DNA of 64,000 nucleotides from Lineus longissimus (Eukaryota): NCBI RefSeq assembly GCF_910592395.1, contig NC_088308.1, positions 2,418,001 to 2,482,000 of the forward strand, read 5' to 3'. Shown piece by piece: positions 31,057 to 44,264 of this stretch (position 1 is its first letter; each line of letters starts with the position of its first letter). The notes under the pieces were generated by a model. It saw only the letters and a program-made list of their open reading frames with translations, ran no database searches and was not told where the DNA came from. The position numbers and the translations under genes were made by a program.

Positions 31057-32094
31057 GGTATCAGGCTGTTTCGCTACATTGCCAGTTCGCTACAAGTCGT
31101 TTCGCTACATGTGGCGGTCGTTTTCGCTACATGGTAGGTCGTTTCGCTACATGGGTGGAGTCGTTTCGCTACATGATGGGTATGGTCGTTTCGCTACATG
31201 GAGGACGTTTCGCTACATGGGTGGAGTCGTTTCGCTACATGGATGTAGTCATTATTTTTACTCTATTTTACCCTACTATAATTCCCGGTGGTGACTACAA
31301 ATTTATTATAGCACAGTTTGCCGGTAAAAAAACTTATACGGTTTGATGGCGCGCAAGGGGTTCTTGTCGTCCTGGCCTGGGTTAGGCCACATAAAAAAAA
31401 GAGTTGGTGATCGTCCCCGCCCGCCCCTACGAAAAACACCCGGCCCCATTTTTTGTTAAAATCCTCATACACTGTGTATACTACAATGGTCGGGAGGACT
31501 GGTTCCCATGCCATCATATTTACAATATCTTGAAGTATTGAACTGTGAGAATTTTGAAAGAGATCAGTCCACCAACAGCTATACCCGTCGAACTTTGGGA
31601 CATTTTTTTTTGGGACACCCGATATATATGCATTGAGCTGCCTCAAATTAATTGTTCCATCATTTGACCGTATATCTATATATACAGATGGATGATGAGA
31701 TTTATACGTAAATTAACTCTCAATATATACCGTGCTTTGCGTGAATTTATTGCAAAAGCTGAGTTTGTTGATTTATTTCTTTATTTTTATTACTTGCTTA
31801 GAAATATCTGTAGGCCATGCACATTTGTCTCTTTTACATTTTTGAGGGCCCTGAAAAGGGCCGTATATTAATGCTGCACCAAAGGCCTAGCGCCTTTGCA
31901 AGGCCTTCGCGTTGGCTCGCTCGTCTCCACCCATGTAGCGAAACGTCCTCCATGTAGCGAAACGACCATACCCATCATGTAGTGAAACGACTCCACCCAT
32001 GTAGCGAAACGACCTACCATGTAGCGAAACGACCGCCACATGTAGCGAAACGACTTGTAGCGAACTGGCAATGTAGCGAAACGACAGTAATTCC
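31057..32094. mobile_element. Foldback-type non-autonomous DNA element, copy 1 (1038 bp)
   Basis: Arms of about 180 bp built of GTTTCGCTACAT subrepeats, inverted (ATGTAGCGAAAC) at the right end; ends GGTATCAGG.../...CAGTAATTCC. Confidence 0.88.
31829..31862 (-). other. Histone mRNA-type 3' stem-loop plus purine-rich downstream element
   Basis: Minus strand GGCCCT-TTTC-AGGGCC (31847-31862), then AAAGAG 12 nt downstream (31829-31834); no histone ORF nearby. Confidence 0.7.
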
Positions 32095-32267
32095 TTAAAA
32101 TATATAGCCATCATCAATCAAGAGGAACGTACCGTAAACAAGTGTGGCACTCGCCTTGCCTCGCCTTCCTCCCCCGAACTGAGTCGTAGGCATGATGAAA
32201 GAAACACTTGAACAATTGGCTAAATGAGATGAGATGTTCTCTCCGAAATCGACCAAAGTTTGTGAGG

Positions 32268-33305
32268 GGTATCAGGCTGTTTCGCTACATTGCCAGTTCG
32301 CTACAAGTCGTTTCGCTACATGTGGCGGTCGTTTTCGCTACATGGTAGGTCGTTTCGCTACATGGGTGGAGTCGTTTCGCTACATGATGGGTATGGTCGT
32401 TTCGCTACATGGAGGACGTTTCGCTACATGGGTGGAGTCGTTTCGTTACATGGATGTAGTCATTATTTTTACTCTATTTTACCCTACTATAATTCTCGGT
32501 GGTGACTACAAATTTATTATAGCACAGTTTGCCGGTAAAAAAACTTATACGGTTTGATGGCGCGCAAGGGGTTCTTGTCGTCCTGGCCTGGGTTAGGCCA
32601 CATAAAAAAAAGAGTTGGTGATCGTCCCCGCCCGCCCCTACGAAAAACGCCCGGCCCCATTTTTTGTTAAAATCCTCATACACTGTGTATACTACAATGG
32701 TCGGGAGGACTGGTTCCCATGCCATCATATTTACAATATCTTGAAGTATTGAACTGTGAGAATTTTGAAAGAGATCAGTCCACCAACAGCTATACCCGTC
32801 GAACTTTGGGACATTTTTTTTTGGGACACCCGATATATATGCATTGAGCTGCCTCAAATTAATTGTTCCATCATTTGACCGTATATCTATATATACAGAT
32901 GGATGATGAGATTTATACGTAAATTAACTCTCAATATATACCGTGCTTTGCGTGAATTTATTGCAAAAGCTGAGTTTGTCGATTTATTTCTTTATTTTTA
33001 TTACTTGCTTAGAAATATCTGTAGGCCATGCACATTTGTCTCTTTTACATTTTTGAGGGCCCTGAAAAGGGCCGTATATTAATGCTGCACCAAAGGCCTA
33101 GCGCCTTTGCAAGGCCTTCGCGTTGGCTCGCTCGTCTCCACCCATGTAGCGAAACGTCCTCCATGTAGCGAAACGACCATACCCATCATGTAGTGAAACG
33201 ACTCCACCCATGTAGCGAAATGACCTACCATGTAGCGAAACGACCGCCACATGTAGCGAAACGACTTGTAGCGAACTGGCAATGTAGCGAAACGACAGTA
33301 ATTCC
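32268..33305. mobile_element. Foldback-type element, copy 2 (1038 bp)
   Basis: Same length and orientation as copy 1 with a few substitutions; 173-bp unique spacer between them. Confidence 0.88.
33040..33073 (-). other. Histone mRNA-type 3' stem-loop plus downstream element (copy 2)
   Basis: GGCCCTTTTCAGGGCC at 33058-33073 (minus), AAAGAG at 33040-33045. Confidence 0.7.
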
Positions 33306-34045
33306 TTGGCTGGAATGAAGACGACATCGATGATGTCAATCTATGGGATGCCGCCGATGGACATGTTGGATGACCTAATGAAAAGTACATTCACGATAAT
33401 CTTTTGAAGCATTGTCCAACCTGTGTTCACTTATGTGTTACGTTCCTGTGATGTGTGGCGAACAATTAGATTTCAGAAAAAAGATCAGGTTGGGGGAAAT
33501 GACAAATGTGTGCATTAGCCCATGTCCGATTGTCGGATGCCATTGATTGAATGACCAAATGTAGTCATACCAAGTGTGTATTATGATTATAGAAACTACG
33601 TGAATAATAAGTTATTGTATATAATTACCAGATTCGATGCATGTTTGAAAAGATCACCGTATATGGGATCTTTACAGAGTATTTCAACTCGAATCTTCTA
33701 TTTCTTAACAAAACACGAGCCGCTTATTGGCGGATCATTCTGCAATGTTCTGTGGGAAGTGGTGAGCGTTGACGGACTGAGGAATTCCCTCTGTCGTGTC
33801 TGTCATGTGACCGTCTCATTCTTCTGGCGGGAAACTCTGACGCACGTGGCAGTACTGTAAATCTGATAGGAACCGTAGTTACTTCATTCGTTACTCCATC
33901 CGTTACTTTCAAGTGGAATCACTTGCAGTTGAAAGAATTACATCTCATGGGCAGAAAGAACGGTAGGGTGGAGTCCTGATGCATCCTGTTGTTGGTCTTT
34001 GACTGGAGATCATAATCACTCGGGGTAGTTCTGTGATCCTTTTTT

Positions 34046-35008
34046 ATCATCATCATCATCATCATTAATTTTCAGCTGTTTAACCAAAAGTTGATTTTTA
34101 GCCGTTGCTTTCCTATCTTACGTATATTCGTGCGTGCGGGCGCCATAATCTATTTAAAATATTTTTTTGTATTATTATTTTTTTACTGTGCGTTTGCCAA
34201 AAGTCTCATACATTACTGTATATCAATACGAGGTTCATTTTTTAACGACTAACTATGTACACACCAAAGATCTAACCGAACATCCCCTCTTCGTTACTAT
34301 TTCTCCAATGTTTGTCTAGGCGGGACTTGAACGCCTCCAAAGAGCAAGCACCCACAACGTTTTCTGGTAGGCTATTCCAGTCAGCCGCCACCCTCACAAA
34401 GAATGAGTACTTTCTTAGATTTGTATTGGCCCTTGTTTTTACTAGCCTCCTTGAGTGGCCTCTAGTCTGGTGGTGGCGATCAGCCTGGCACACATAACCC
34501 TCTAGTAATGGGGATTGTTTTTCAAAAAGGTTGTAAAGCACTATTAAGTCCCCCCTCCTCCTACGATGCGCAAGACTAAATAGGTCTAGCTCGAGCAACC
34601 TCTCCTTATATGTTTTTCCAGACCGACCCATGATCATTTTTGTGAAACGTCTCTGGACCTTCTCCAGATTGTTGATATCCTTTACTTTATAGGGATTCCA
34701 TACTGGTGATGCATACTCCAGCCCGGATCTCACCATCGCGGCAAAGCATATCTTAGCAGCATCACGGTCAAGGTGCCTCATAGTTCTCTTAATCGTAAAC
34801 GAGATTCTTGTTCCGTTTGCACTGATCCTATTTATATGTTTCTCTGGGGACAGTAGCCGCGATGTTGTTACACCCAGATCTTTCACATCATCTGCCGGCC
34901 TGATTTCATTTTCCACTCTGCGCCCACCAATGTAATATCTGAAGGGCGGCGGCCTCCTTCCCATCCTTAGAAGCTGACACTTGTCCGCATTGAATTTTAG
35001 TGCCCAGA
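34046..35008 (-). mobile_element. 5'-truncated CR1-clade LINE (ORF2 C-terminus, 3'UTR, (GAT)n tail)
   Basis: WALKFNADKC, VKDLGV, VRSGLEYASPVWNPY, LEKVQRRFTK, YKERL..LDLFSL..RRRRGDLI, TRGH, FFVRVAADWNSLP, FKSRLD; stop at 34272; (ATC)n at 34046-34065. Confidence 0.92.
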
Positions 35009-35067
35009 CCTTTCCCCATTTATGATGTGAGCATTTGCACAAAGACTTAGTGGTAGATGCTGCAGGG

Positions 35068-35252
35068 AGGGACAATGTCACAACGTCTGATGATGCTCCA
35101 GGGTAAAATTGATGTGGATGCATGAAATCTCGACCCCCCTACAAAATGAGTAGTCCTTTGTGGACACAAACTGTTCAAGCGATGCTGCAAGGACAATGTT
35201 GCCACCTGTGGACAGCCCATGCTGGTGTTGAACAGATTGTGACATTGTCCCT
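35068..35252. repeat. 16-bp perfect inverted repeat pair, possible small MITE
   Basis: AGGGACAATGTCACAA (35068-35083) and TTGTGACATTGTCCCT (35237-35252); no TSD seen. Confidence 0.5.
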
Positions 35253-35773
35253 GGGGGGGGTTTGAAGCTGAGAAGCGAACATTAACCCCCGATTTCCTCA
35301 GAATGAGATTTCGGGGAACACGATAATCTGTATCAAAACAAAGGGACTTTTTTTAGCATGACTAGGATTGTGGTTCGGGGCTTATCTTATAATGAATGCC
35401 ACTGGTTTTTTACCCAGCATGAAAACAGCTCGAGTGGTAGTGAACTACCATGCAAACTAATATTATGATCAATGGACTCTTCCCCTTGGGTGCAAAGGTC
35501 AGTATGCGCTTGTAGTCCAAGACAGTGGTTCTGGTCGTTGCAACCTTATGCATAATCCACTTGGTAAGATGACCTCGGGGGGGGGGGGGATTTTTTATTT
35601 GACCAATTTTTAAGGTCAATATCTGGTAAGCACAACAGTGGCTCCGATGAAAAGTTTTGATTAGTGATGGTGTGTCAACAGGCGAGTCAATAAGAAAAAA
35701 AATGTTTCTCTTTCAAAAAAACTTTATTGCTGTACATTACAAAGAAAACAGATGACGATTTGGAATGTAGTGT

Positions 35774-35808
35774 AGGAGGAAACCCGCATACCGGGAGAAA
35801 ACCTACGC
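35774..35808 (-). mobile_element. Possible SINE core fragment
   Basis: Minus strand GCGTAGGTTTCTCCCGGTATGCGGGTTTCCTCC resembles the recalled V-SINE-type core GGGTTTCCTCCGGGTACTCCGGTTTCCTCC. Confidence 0.35.
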
Positions 35809-38800
35809 AGTCGGAGGGAGTCGCCATCTCCATCACACAGGTGACAGGTGCTTATGTTTGAAATGACTTAATACATTGTATATCATAGTTCATACAATGA
35901 TCGTAGTACATTATTTTTTGGCTGCACCACTCCGAAAGCCCAATACAAGAAGAGGACCGGGAGATATGATAGTTTTTCTATCCCTTTAAGACGTGGCCAA
36001 CTTCTTTACAAGATGTCACAAAGAAACACTGATAAGTGTCCTTGCAACACAATGCTAAATTGAGATCAAAAACAATAGACTCAACTACATGTACTCCACC
36101 ACAATGGTTTGAGTTAGCACTAAACCTCTCCATGCATTCATCATGTTATAATACATGAATAGCTATTGTATTAAAACCTATTGTTCATGCCTTCAGGTGA
36201 GCCATGTGAGCTTACAATAGATTTGGTCACTGCTGATGATTTGAATAACAAAGGAACCACATTTGTCATGGCCACTGGACAGAGCTGGCTGCCACTTAGC
36301 ATAACAAAGGGAGCAGTCATGACATGTCGTTTGCATGACAAAAGAGGTGACCTCGACAGGGCAAAGATTAAAAGTTGGCTTTGCCATACTTTTTGCCAAG
36401 TCATGGAGTCTAGATCTCATTAGACATTTTACAAAATATTTACATGCAAGATTTACAAATACATTCATACAGGACAAAAGTTTTAAAACGTCTAAAAGTT
36501 GACGTTTTTAAGCTACACTTTTCTCAATCAATTCAGTATCATGTAAAAAATTGTCATCAAGGAACCATTGTGATCACTCATTGCCGAAGGTGATGTACCC
36601 ATGGACAACATCATCATCAACAATTTGGGGTCCCTGGTAAGCCATAACAAAACATGCATGCATGCCACCATTGTCGAATGACATGCTTTGACAACGGCTC
36701 ACAGTGTGACCACTAGGGAAGGATCAGTCTTTAAATTTCGAATAAAACAGTGAGAGTTTTAAATCTGACTGTTTTAGTTCAACTGGAAAGATGTTTTGGT
36801 ATTTCTTCAAGGAGGAAATTCAAATTCAACAATTCACTGTTGGTCATTTGTCTCGAGCATGATAGTACATGTATTGAGCAACTGAACCAGCCAGTGTGAT
36901 GTAAGGTCATGGGCATCAGAGCCCAGGCCATGTCAGTTGATTCTGTGGTACTGATGAGATTGAGAAACAGTATGAAAGGCCTACAGTTCCATCAGACACA
37001 TGTGTTCTTGTTTCGTGGGGTCAGCGAAACAAGAACACATGGACCCCATGTCAAAAGTGATGGATATACCAGTAAATATCTGATGAATTCGGTGATTTTT
37101 AAGCATACAAATAACTTTTGCCTGAAAAGAATTTCAGGGTCCTCATCTGGCAGAGCTCTGTTGGCTTCTCTGGTAGCCACAAACAACCCATCCCCCAAAT
37201 TGTTATTCCTTCTTATCTTAAGAACAAACTTAGCTTGAAAATTATTTTGTTTGGGTTCTGGAGCGACTTATCGTTGGCTCCCTTGTTAGCCATAAACAAG
37301 CCATAATGATAATTTCAATCCCTTCTTTGAAAAGTGTAAGATTTTGAACCATGGCACAAGTCATGATCATAACCAAACATAGATTAAAACAATCTATGCT
37401 TGTCATAAGCAGAGTAAATATTTGCCTTCTCACCATCAGAAAAATTTGAATTTTCATTAAATCACCTTTCAATCAGATATTTTGATAAAACGATAAAGCC
37501 TACGGTGACAAAATACAATCTAACCGTCGTACTGTTACTTGACGGCGATGGGAGCATGGTTGGGATGTGCTGGGTCAACAACATCCTTCTCCCTTCTGTG
37601 GGACGGCTCATCATGCTGAAAAGAAAAAGACAACATAAAATTAAGGTTGTTCATTCATGTTCAAGTTGATAATTCAATGTCAAGGGGCCGGGCCATTGTG
37701 CTGACCGTATAATCTTGTGGTAGTAGATAATTCATGCTGGTTAAGAAAAGTGCTATAGGTTTCAGACGAAGAACTTTTCGAAAACATCTTCTCTAATAAA
37801 CCTTCATTTAGGACTCTCACGCTGAGCGCTGCTTTGGATGAGCAAGAGACACAAATCTGTGTTCCTCCCCGACATGCCTGATTTCATTACAATGACTAAT
37901 TCTATCCTTAATCAGCAGTTTCAGAGGGAGGTAAAGGACTAGAATTTGGGAAGTTTTGTCAAAAGGGCGGTTTGGTTAAGGAGCATTTTCCAAGTCATTA
38001 TTTTGAGCCGAGGTTTAGCTCCACCCTTGTGGTTTTGGTTAGTCAATCAATACCGACATTGCACCAACCCAAGCGGCCTAACCATAACCGCTGAACTCAA
38101 AACGAGGCTTTGTTGGCACATGGTGCATTTACACAAGTGCGGTTCATTCTAAATCCAGGTATTTTAGAATACTAACAACGCGATTTTCATCAGAATTGCA
38201 CAGATGATAGTTTTAACCATTCTTTATATTGAGTGCAAAAAGGTGTTGCCATAATACTGCTTATGTAATAAAACAACACACTTTTACTTTTATTTAATAC
38301 TTGCAACCAGACCCTGACCATCACTACCAAAGGGTTTCTACCGAGTCTTCAGCTATTGTTTATCAGCAACAGTTGATATTCATGCTCATTACAAATAAGT
38401 GCCTGGGCAGCTTTCCAAAGAGGAATCAAAAGGCAGCCGCAAGGTAGGCAAGATAAGTTTAACACAAAGTCACCAATAGGGGTCTCTCACCTCTCAGAGT
38501 ATGTCGAAACTATTCACGCTGTATGAGGGATACATTTAGTGCTGAATATAACCTGACCCAGTGCTCTTACTTTGCATATTAGTCACCTGAAGATGGCCAA
38601 TTTAACCCCCCCCCCTTCCTGCTTATAGTCCCCCTTCAACGTGATTAAAGCCTTTGACTTTGCATGTACATAACTAAATTATCCTGTTTACAACCAAGAA
38701 CACTCTTTATCGTCCAGTTCTTTTTGCAACATTTTATTGTTTTACTAATTGAGATTGGTCAAAACTATCATCACCGCGAGTTTGATGAAAATTGCACTGT

Positions 38801-41800
38801 AATTGGTGTCGCAAAAATAACATTTGAAAATTGTTCCTCAACAGAGAGCTCACGATCTCTAAATCAGGCCAATGGCCATACCTAAGGGCATTTGAAAAAC
38901 TGAAATTGATTTGTTTATATTACCGTGTGATGGCATCCTTCCGTAGGTATGAGATAGGCTGTCCTCATGGTGGCTGCAGGGTATCATGTCAGGGCTCTAT
39001 GTCCGTAGCTTTCTGTAAGTCCAGAGAGTCCCTTTCGAGTTAAGATTGTCATTCTAGTCAATTAGAATATTGTCATAATAGTCTATTAGAATGACGGACA
39101 TTTAAGTGTCCTTCCCATCCACACAGTAAACACGTTCCCTTCTTCATCTTAGCGAAGGTTCTCCTTGAATTGGTCTGTCAAGGCATCGTTTGCTGAACTG
39201 TGGTTCATCACTCTGCACATGGATATCCCTCAGCGCAACCATTCGATCCACTGAATCCACTCGAATCTCCGTCGTCTGCCCGTATCTGTGAGCGACTGGA
39301 AAACAAAATTTAAGGTTACTCCATTATTCTACCATGATTGATGCATGTGCCGTAGGGCCTTTCATTCAGTTTTATCAAATTTACCAGTTAATTTTCTAAA
39401 AGGCTTAGAATACTGACGACCACAACGCTAGAGTACTTGACACTTGATTAGCAATTCAATTCCAAACTGAGGTTGCTCGTGCAGTTTGAAGATAAAATCA
39501 ACCATTTTGCGACTTGATGAAACGAACTCAGCCTATGGCGTGTTCACCCATTTACCGTCTTGTCATCTGTTTATATTTACCATATATGCATTGGATTCCT
39601 TTGTCATCCAAAATCGTTGAGAGTCACATCTACCATAGCACGAATTGTAGACTGTGGTTGAGTGGTTGGATCTTCTCGACAGCCATCATCTCAATCTGCA
39701 GAGGGCTAGATAACAGGAAAAATACATTCAAGGACCTATCTCAAAATGAATAGATTGAAACCAAAAGATTTTCTTCTTTTCATATGGGCGAGATGGTTGT
39801 CAGTTGACAGCGTTTTCTTGGGAATAAAATGTTGATCGGCAAACTCTTTGGCAGGCGTAATCTTCATGAATCCTGGCCAATTTCATTTGTTGAAGACATG
39901 AAGACAGAGTCTTCAGTTTTTAGTCATAATATTAATAAGGGGGTAGAGGATTCACAGAAAAGAAATAATTTCTTTTGGCTTCAGTCTATTTGGGATGATT
40001 CCTATGTATAAGTTGACATTAATTTCAATGACACCCTTTAAGTTCTACTTCTTTTTTTATTATTTTTCTCTGATCGACTCCTAATTATTTGGTCGTCAAG
40101 ATTCAGATCAAAATTTCACCCTGTAGACTGCAACATCGTCTTTTGTGTCCCTTGTCCCTGTGTTCCTTGTCCTTGTGTCCCTTGTTCCTGTGTCCCTTGT
40201 CCTTGTGGCCCTTGTACAATGTTGGCTCGGGCTGCCTAAAAAGAATCATAAATTTTGTTGAGGGGTTTATCTAATTTCTGTGTGTTTCTACTGCATGCTG
40301 CGTTCACACTGAATCCGATTTAAAACTGTTTTCCAGAGAGCACTCTCCGGAATACGAATTGGCTACACCAGTTTCGAAACGGCTGCACCACACTTGGCCT
40401 AATGCGCATGCAATTCGATTTGAAAAGTGCAACTCTTGCCACGTATTGTAGTAACGTGCCTTTCGCGGATGAGTGTCCCTGCCCTTTGTTGTAATTAGTA
40501 GATAATCAAGACAGAACACAAGCTTGTGTGCATGACCCCTGTCAACGGACTGTTTTGATATGTATTAACGCGCACACCACAAGTTTTAATGAGAATCAGT
40601 CAATGCGAATTCAACAAAGCACATTCAATTGCATTCTTGAACCAAATTGGTTGAAGAGGTTTCAAAACAGATTGAACAGAATTGAGTGTAGCACCCCAAT
40701 ACGTATAAAGTTGAAATTGTACGACAGATTGATACTTTTTTCAGAGTTATTTTGACATCTTCTTTTAATCCAGACATAACTGACGACTAAGTGATGCTTA
40801 CCCTGTATGGCTCCAACATTGGCAGCAACATCTTCTTGGGGTCCATCCAGTGTCTTCTCGGCTGACGAGTTGGAGGCCGGCTCTCCTTCTTCATCGCCGT
40901 CTTGTCGATTTCAGGGGGTGTATATTATTAGCTTTGTGAGGCACAAGGAGGTGAAGAACACTGTTGTTATCCAAAGAGCCCAATGTCTTCGTCATTTGTA
41001 CTAAACAGGTTCAGCACAAGTCCCACACGGACACGCCTGACATTTCATCCGACGAAATTCCGCAGGTTAACAACAGGTCTTAACCCCAGTCATTCCATCC
41101 CCCTCGAGATCAGGTAGGGGATCGCTGGCCAGCTATTGCTTACTATTGTTAACAGTCGTAAGACTTATCCCGCCAACACTCTAAAACAAGGGGACCAATT
41201 GAATGACTAGCGACACGCAACTGTCTATTCCCCCCATCAATCAACCACAATGACTCAAAGGGAACACGTACTTTGAACCTAAGTCCATGTCATCACCGTC
41301 GAAACTTAGATGAGGACCGCAGAACAAAGTGGCAAGCATGCCTGGGACCCAGCCACCGCGCTTTGGACATGAGATGAGATAGACTCAAGTCGCCAGTCAC
41401 GATAACCAAATACACCAAGCGTATAGCTTGAATCGAACCCAATCTATCATCGTCATTGGTCACCTGGCCTGGCCTGGACAACTGAAAGCTGAATAGGTTC
41501 AAATAGATGATAAGCAGGAAACAAAAGAATAACAACTATAATAGCTAGATAATTACGATAGCTAGATAACTACGATAACTACTCTAACAACTAGAATAAC
41601 AACAATAGCTACAAAATGAGCAAGTCGGTCATCAGACACACTTCCAACTCTCACAACAGTCACCATAGTCTCTCCCCCCCGCCCCACATGACCTCCCGCA
41701 CCCTTTTCCTATCCCGTCTCAAACACACACACACACACACACGCACACACACACAAAACATCTTACTATGGTTACAACTTTTGAATAACCCGCCTGATTT

Positions 41801-44264
41801 GGAGAGAGAAGTGTCACTGTCAATTCATTTTTAATTACATGACCAAAACATGATATGGAAAAATTTGTACCGAATTTATTACGGCATTTTATAAACATTT
41901 CTTGGTATAAAAATCTTTCATTTTGAAATTCAAATTATGGATATGTTGAAAGTTTTAATATCTTTGATTAGTTAGGAGAGTGCACATAATAAAGTTGCAA
42001 TGGCGATAACAGTTAGAATGTGTTTCGTAATTTGTATTCTTCATGCCAAAATAAATTGTTTCATCCTTTTTCCATATAACTCGCCAATTATAAGTCTGGA
42101 ATATTTTCACTGCCTTGAGGATCTGTGGGAGTCAAGTTACAAGTTTATTTTACCAACAATAACACAGATTTGACAGTGGCACCTCTATTGACAAGGCAGA
42201 CGAGTCATAACCAGATACTATACCTACCCTTCTTCTTGGAAATCAAACAAGAATCTTCGAATGCAATTGCGGACAAGGTTGTGTCATCTGAAATAATAAA
42301 TTGGCACAAATGTGTAATAAAATTACAGCATTTCTGCTTGTATTTGTATTAGTACTCAGTAGTCATTATACTAAATGCCGAAAAATTATGGTTGAATCTC
42401 AATTTTTCACATGATTTGCTTTCCTTTGGCAGAGGTTGACCTTACTATGGAAATAAATGTGAGCTAGGTCATGGCATATCATGCCGATCCATCGTCATGC
42501 TGATATACATACCCTTGCAAATCATACAAGATTCTTCAGTTGCAATCGCGGAGAGGGTTTTTAGCATCTGGAATGAGAAATTGAAACAGATACATAATAT
42601 CATCAATTCTACAAGAAGTCATGAAAAAAGCAACTTTCAGCCAGATCCAATGAAAGTACCAGATTTTGCCTGATTCTCTCATGCAATGACTCTTAAAAAT
42701 ACATATTTTCCACAAAAAAATAATCAAAGGAAAGTTGGGCTCTCTTCCAAAATCCCTTTTGCCTGTAAAACGATATAATGTCAAGATTTAGTAGGTGACA
42801 CCCACCTTTTGGAACATTGATGCTGAACACATGTCATTTGGCTATTTCATAATGTTGAAATGAGTCAAAGTGTGCACACCCTGCCAGAAAGAATATTCTG
42901 CTTGCACTGCATGCTTGAACCAAGCATTAGAAGGTATAAAATGTGACAGGTAGTGGTTTTATGTAACACACGCAAACTTTCCTTCAAGGTTGACTGAGTC
43001 TGTTGTTGCCTTAGATAACCAAACAAAGGTGTCAGATGTAATACACTAATAGGCCGTGAAGCCAGATTGGTAATGAGATTGGCCATAAGCCATGAATAAA
43101 TAACCTTTTTGATTATTGTGGATTGGGTCTAATAGAAATCGTATGGGGTATTAATCACATAGTAGAGTTACTAGTTTTTCCTAAAACAGATCTTGCAATG
43201 AAAACTGGTAGAAAAAAGTCATAATGGTGAACTTGGTGGATACCAACTTTTCGAATTCTGGTGAATTTAGAATAAAAAACCCATAAAAGTCCTGTAGTTT
43301 CATGGACGAGGAATTTCATCACATACAGATTTGAGAACGAGAAGTTGAATACACCCTTAGAGTTCATACCGTAGAGAATGCTATTATAGACTAGTCGTAG
43401 CACCAAGCACTCAGACCAAAGTATTAAGAGGGCACGTCATCATTGCGTAAATTCAGGAAAGAACCCTTAAGATGGAATGACAACATTTTCATGAGCTCAG
43501 AAACAATTAATTTCAACTTAAACATGACTTAGCTAGGAATAATTTCCAACAAATATCTATATGATTATGAAATACGCAATGTTGGTGAACAGAGCGCCGT
43601 TCGAAACAACAGTGAAACTCGGCCCCTTTTCATCAAATTTGGTAACTCATGACAACGGAGCCTCAGAGGTGTCCTATTTATAGCGAATCCAGTCAGACTT
43701 TTAGCACATACGCGTACATTCAGGGAAGACTCCCTAAGGAGACCCGAGGCGAATTGGCACTGTGATCAGTCATGCTGTCACCTGATCACGGCAACACTGG
43801 ACGCTCGTGACTGCGCCATTCATCATTAAAATCTATATCTTTACGCATCTGTTTGACACAAAAACATTGTTGCTGTTGTGAAAACTATATCACACATGCA
43901 CGACATCCTTAAACTGTCTTTTATCTATCGAAACATAACATTAACAAGGAGGCTTTACATCCATGTTACAAGCAGCGCACTATGACTAGGCCTAGGGCCT
44001 AGGCCTATTAATATAGGCTACACTGGATCAGTGTGTGGACGATCAAACTCATGGATTGTAGTAGGCCTGGAGGGACTATATGTGAGAAATTCAACGGGTG
44101 TAGGCCTACTGTATCAGTGTATGTAATTTTCGACATTGTACGGACCGAAGATCGGGAGATTGTTAATTCACACATAACACACACCGACACAGGTGACAGT
44201 GTGAGCACTGAGTGAGTGACACTACTGAAGTGAGTGTACAACAGTACATAGGCCTACACGTCAC

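Noticed and set aside
31031..33390. Repeated SFRYM/RFATW ORFs, including one stopping 5 nt before the histone stem-loop
   Set aside because: Derived from arm subrepeats and open in several frames; no protein signal
35009..35123. N-terminus of the 283-aa LINE ORF
   Set aside because: Flanking DNA fused in frame; no RT catalytic motif, so the element is truncated
36170..37470. Short Cys/His-containing ORFs suggestive of Polinton-type cargo
   Set aside because: Resemblance too weak and frames broken
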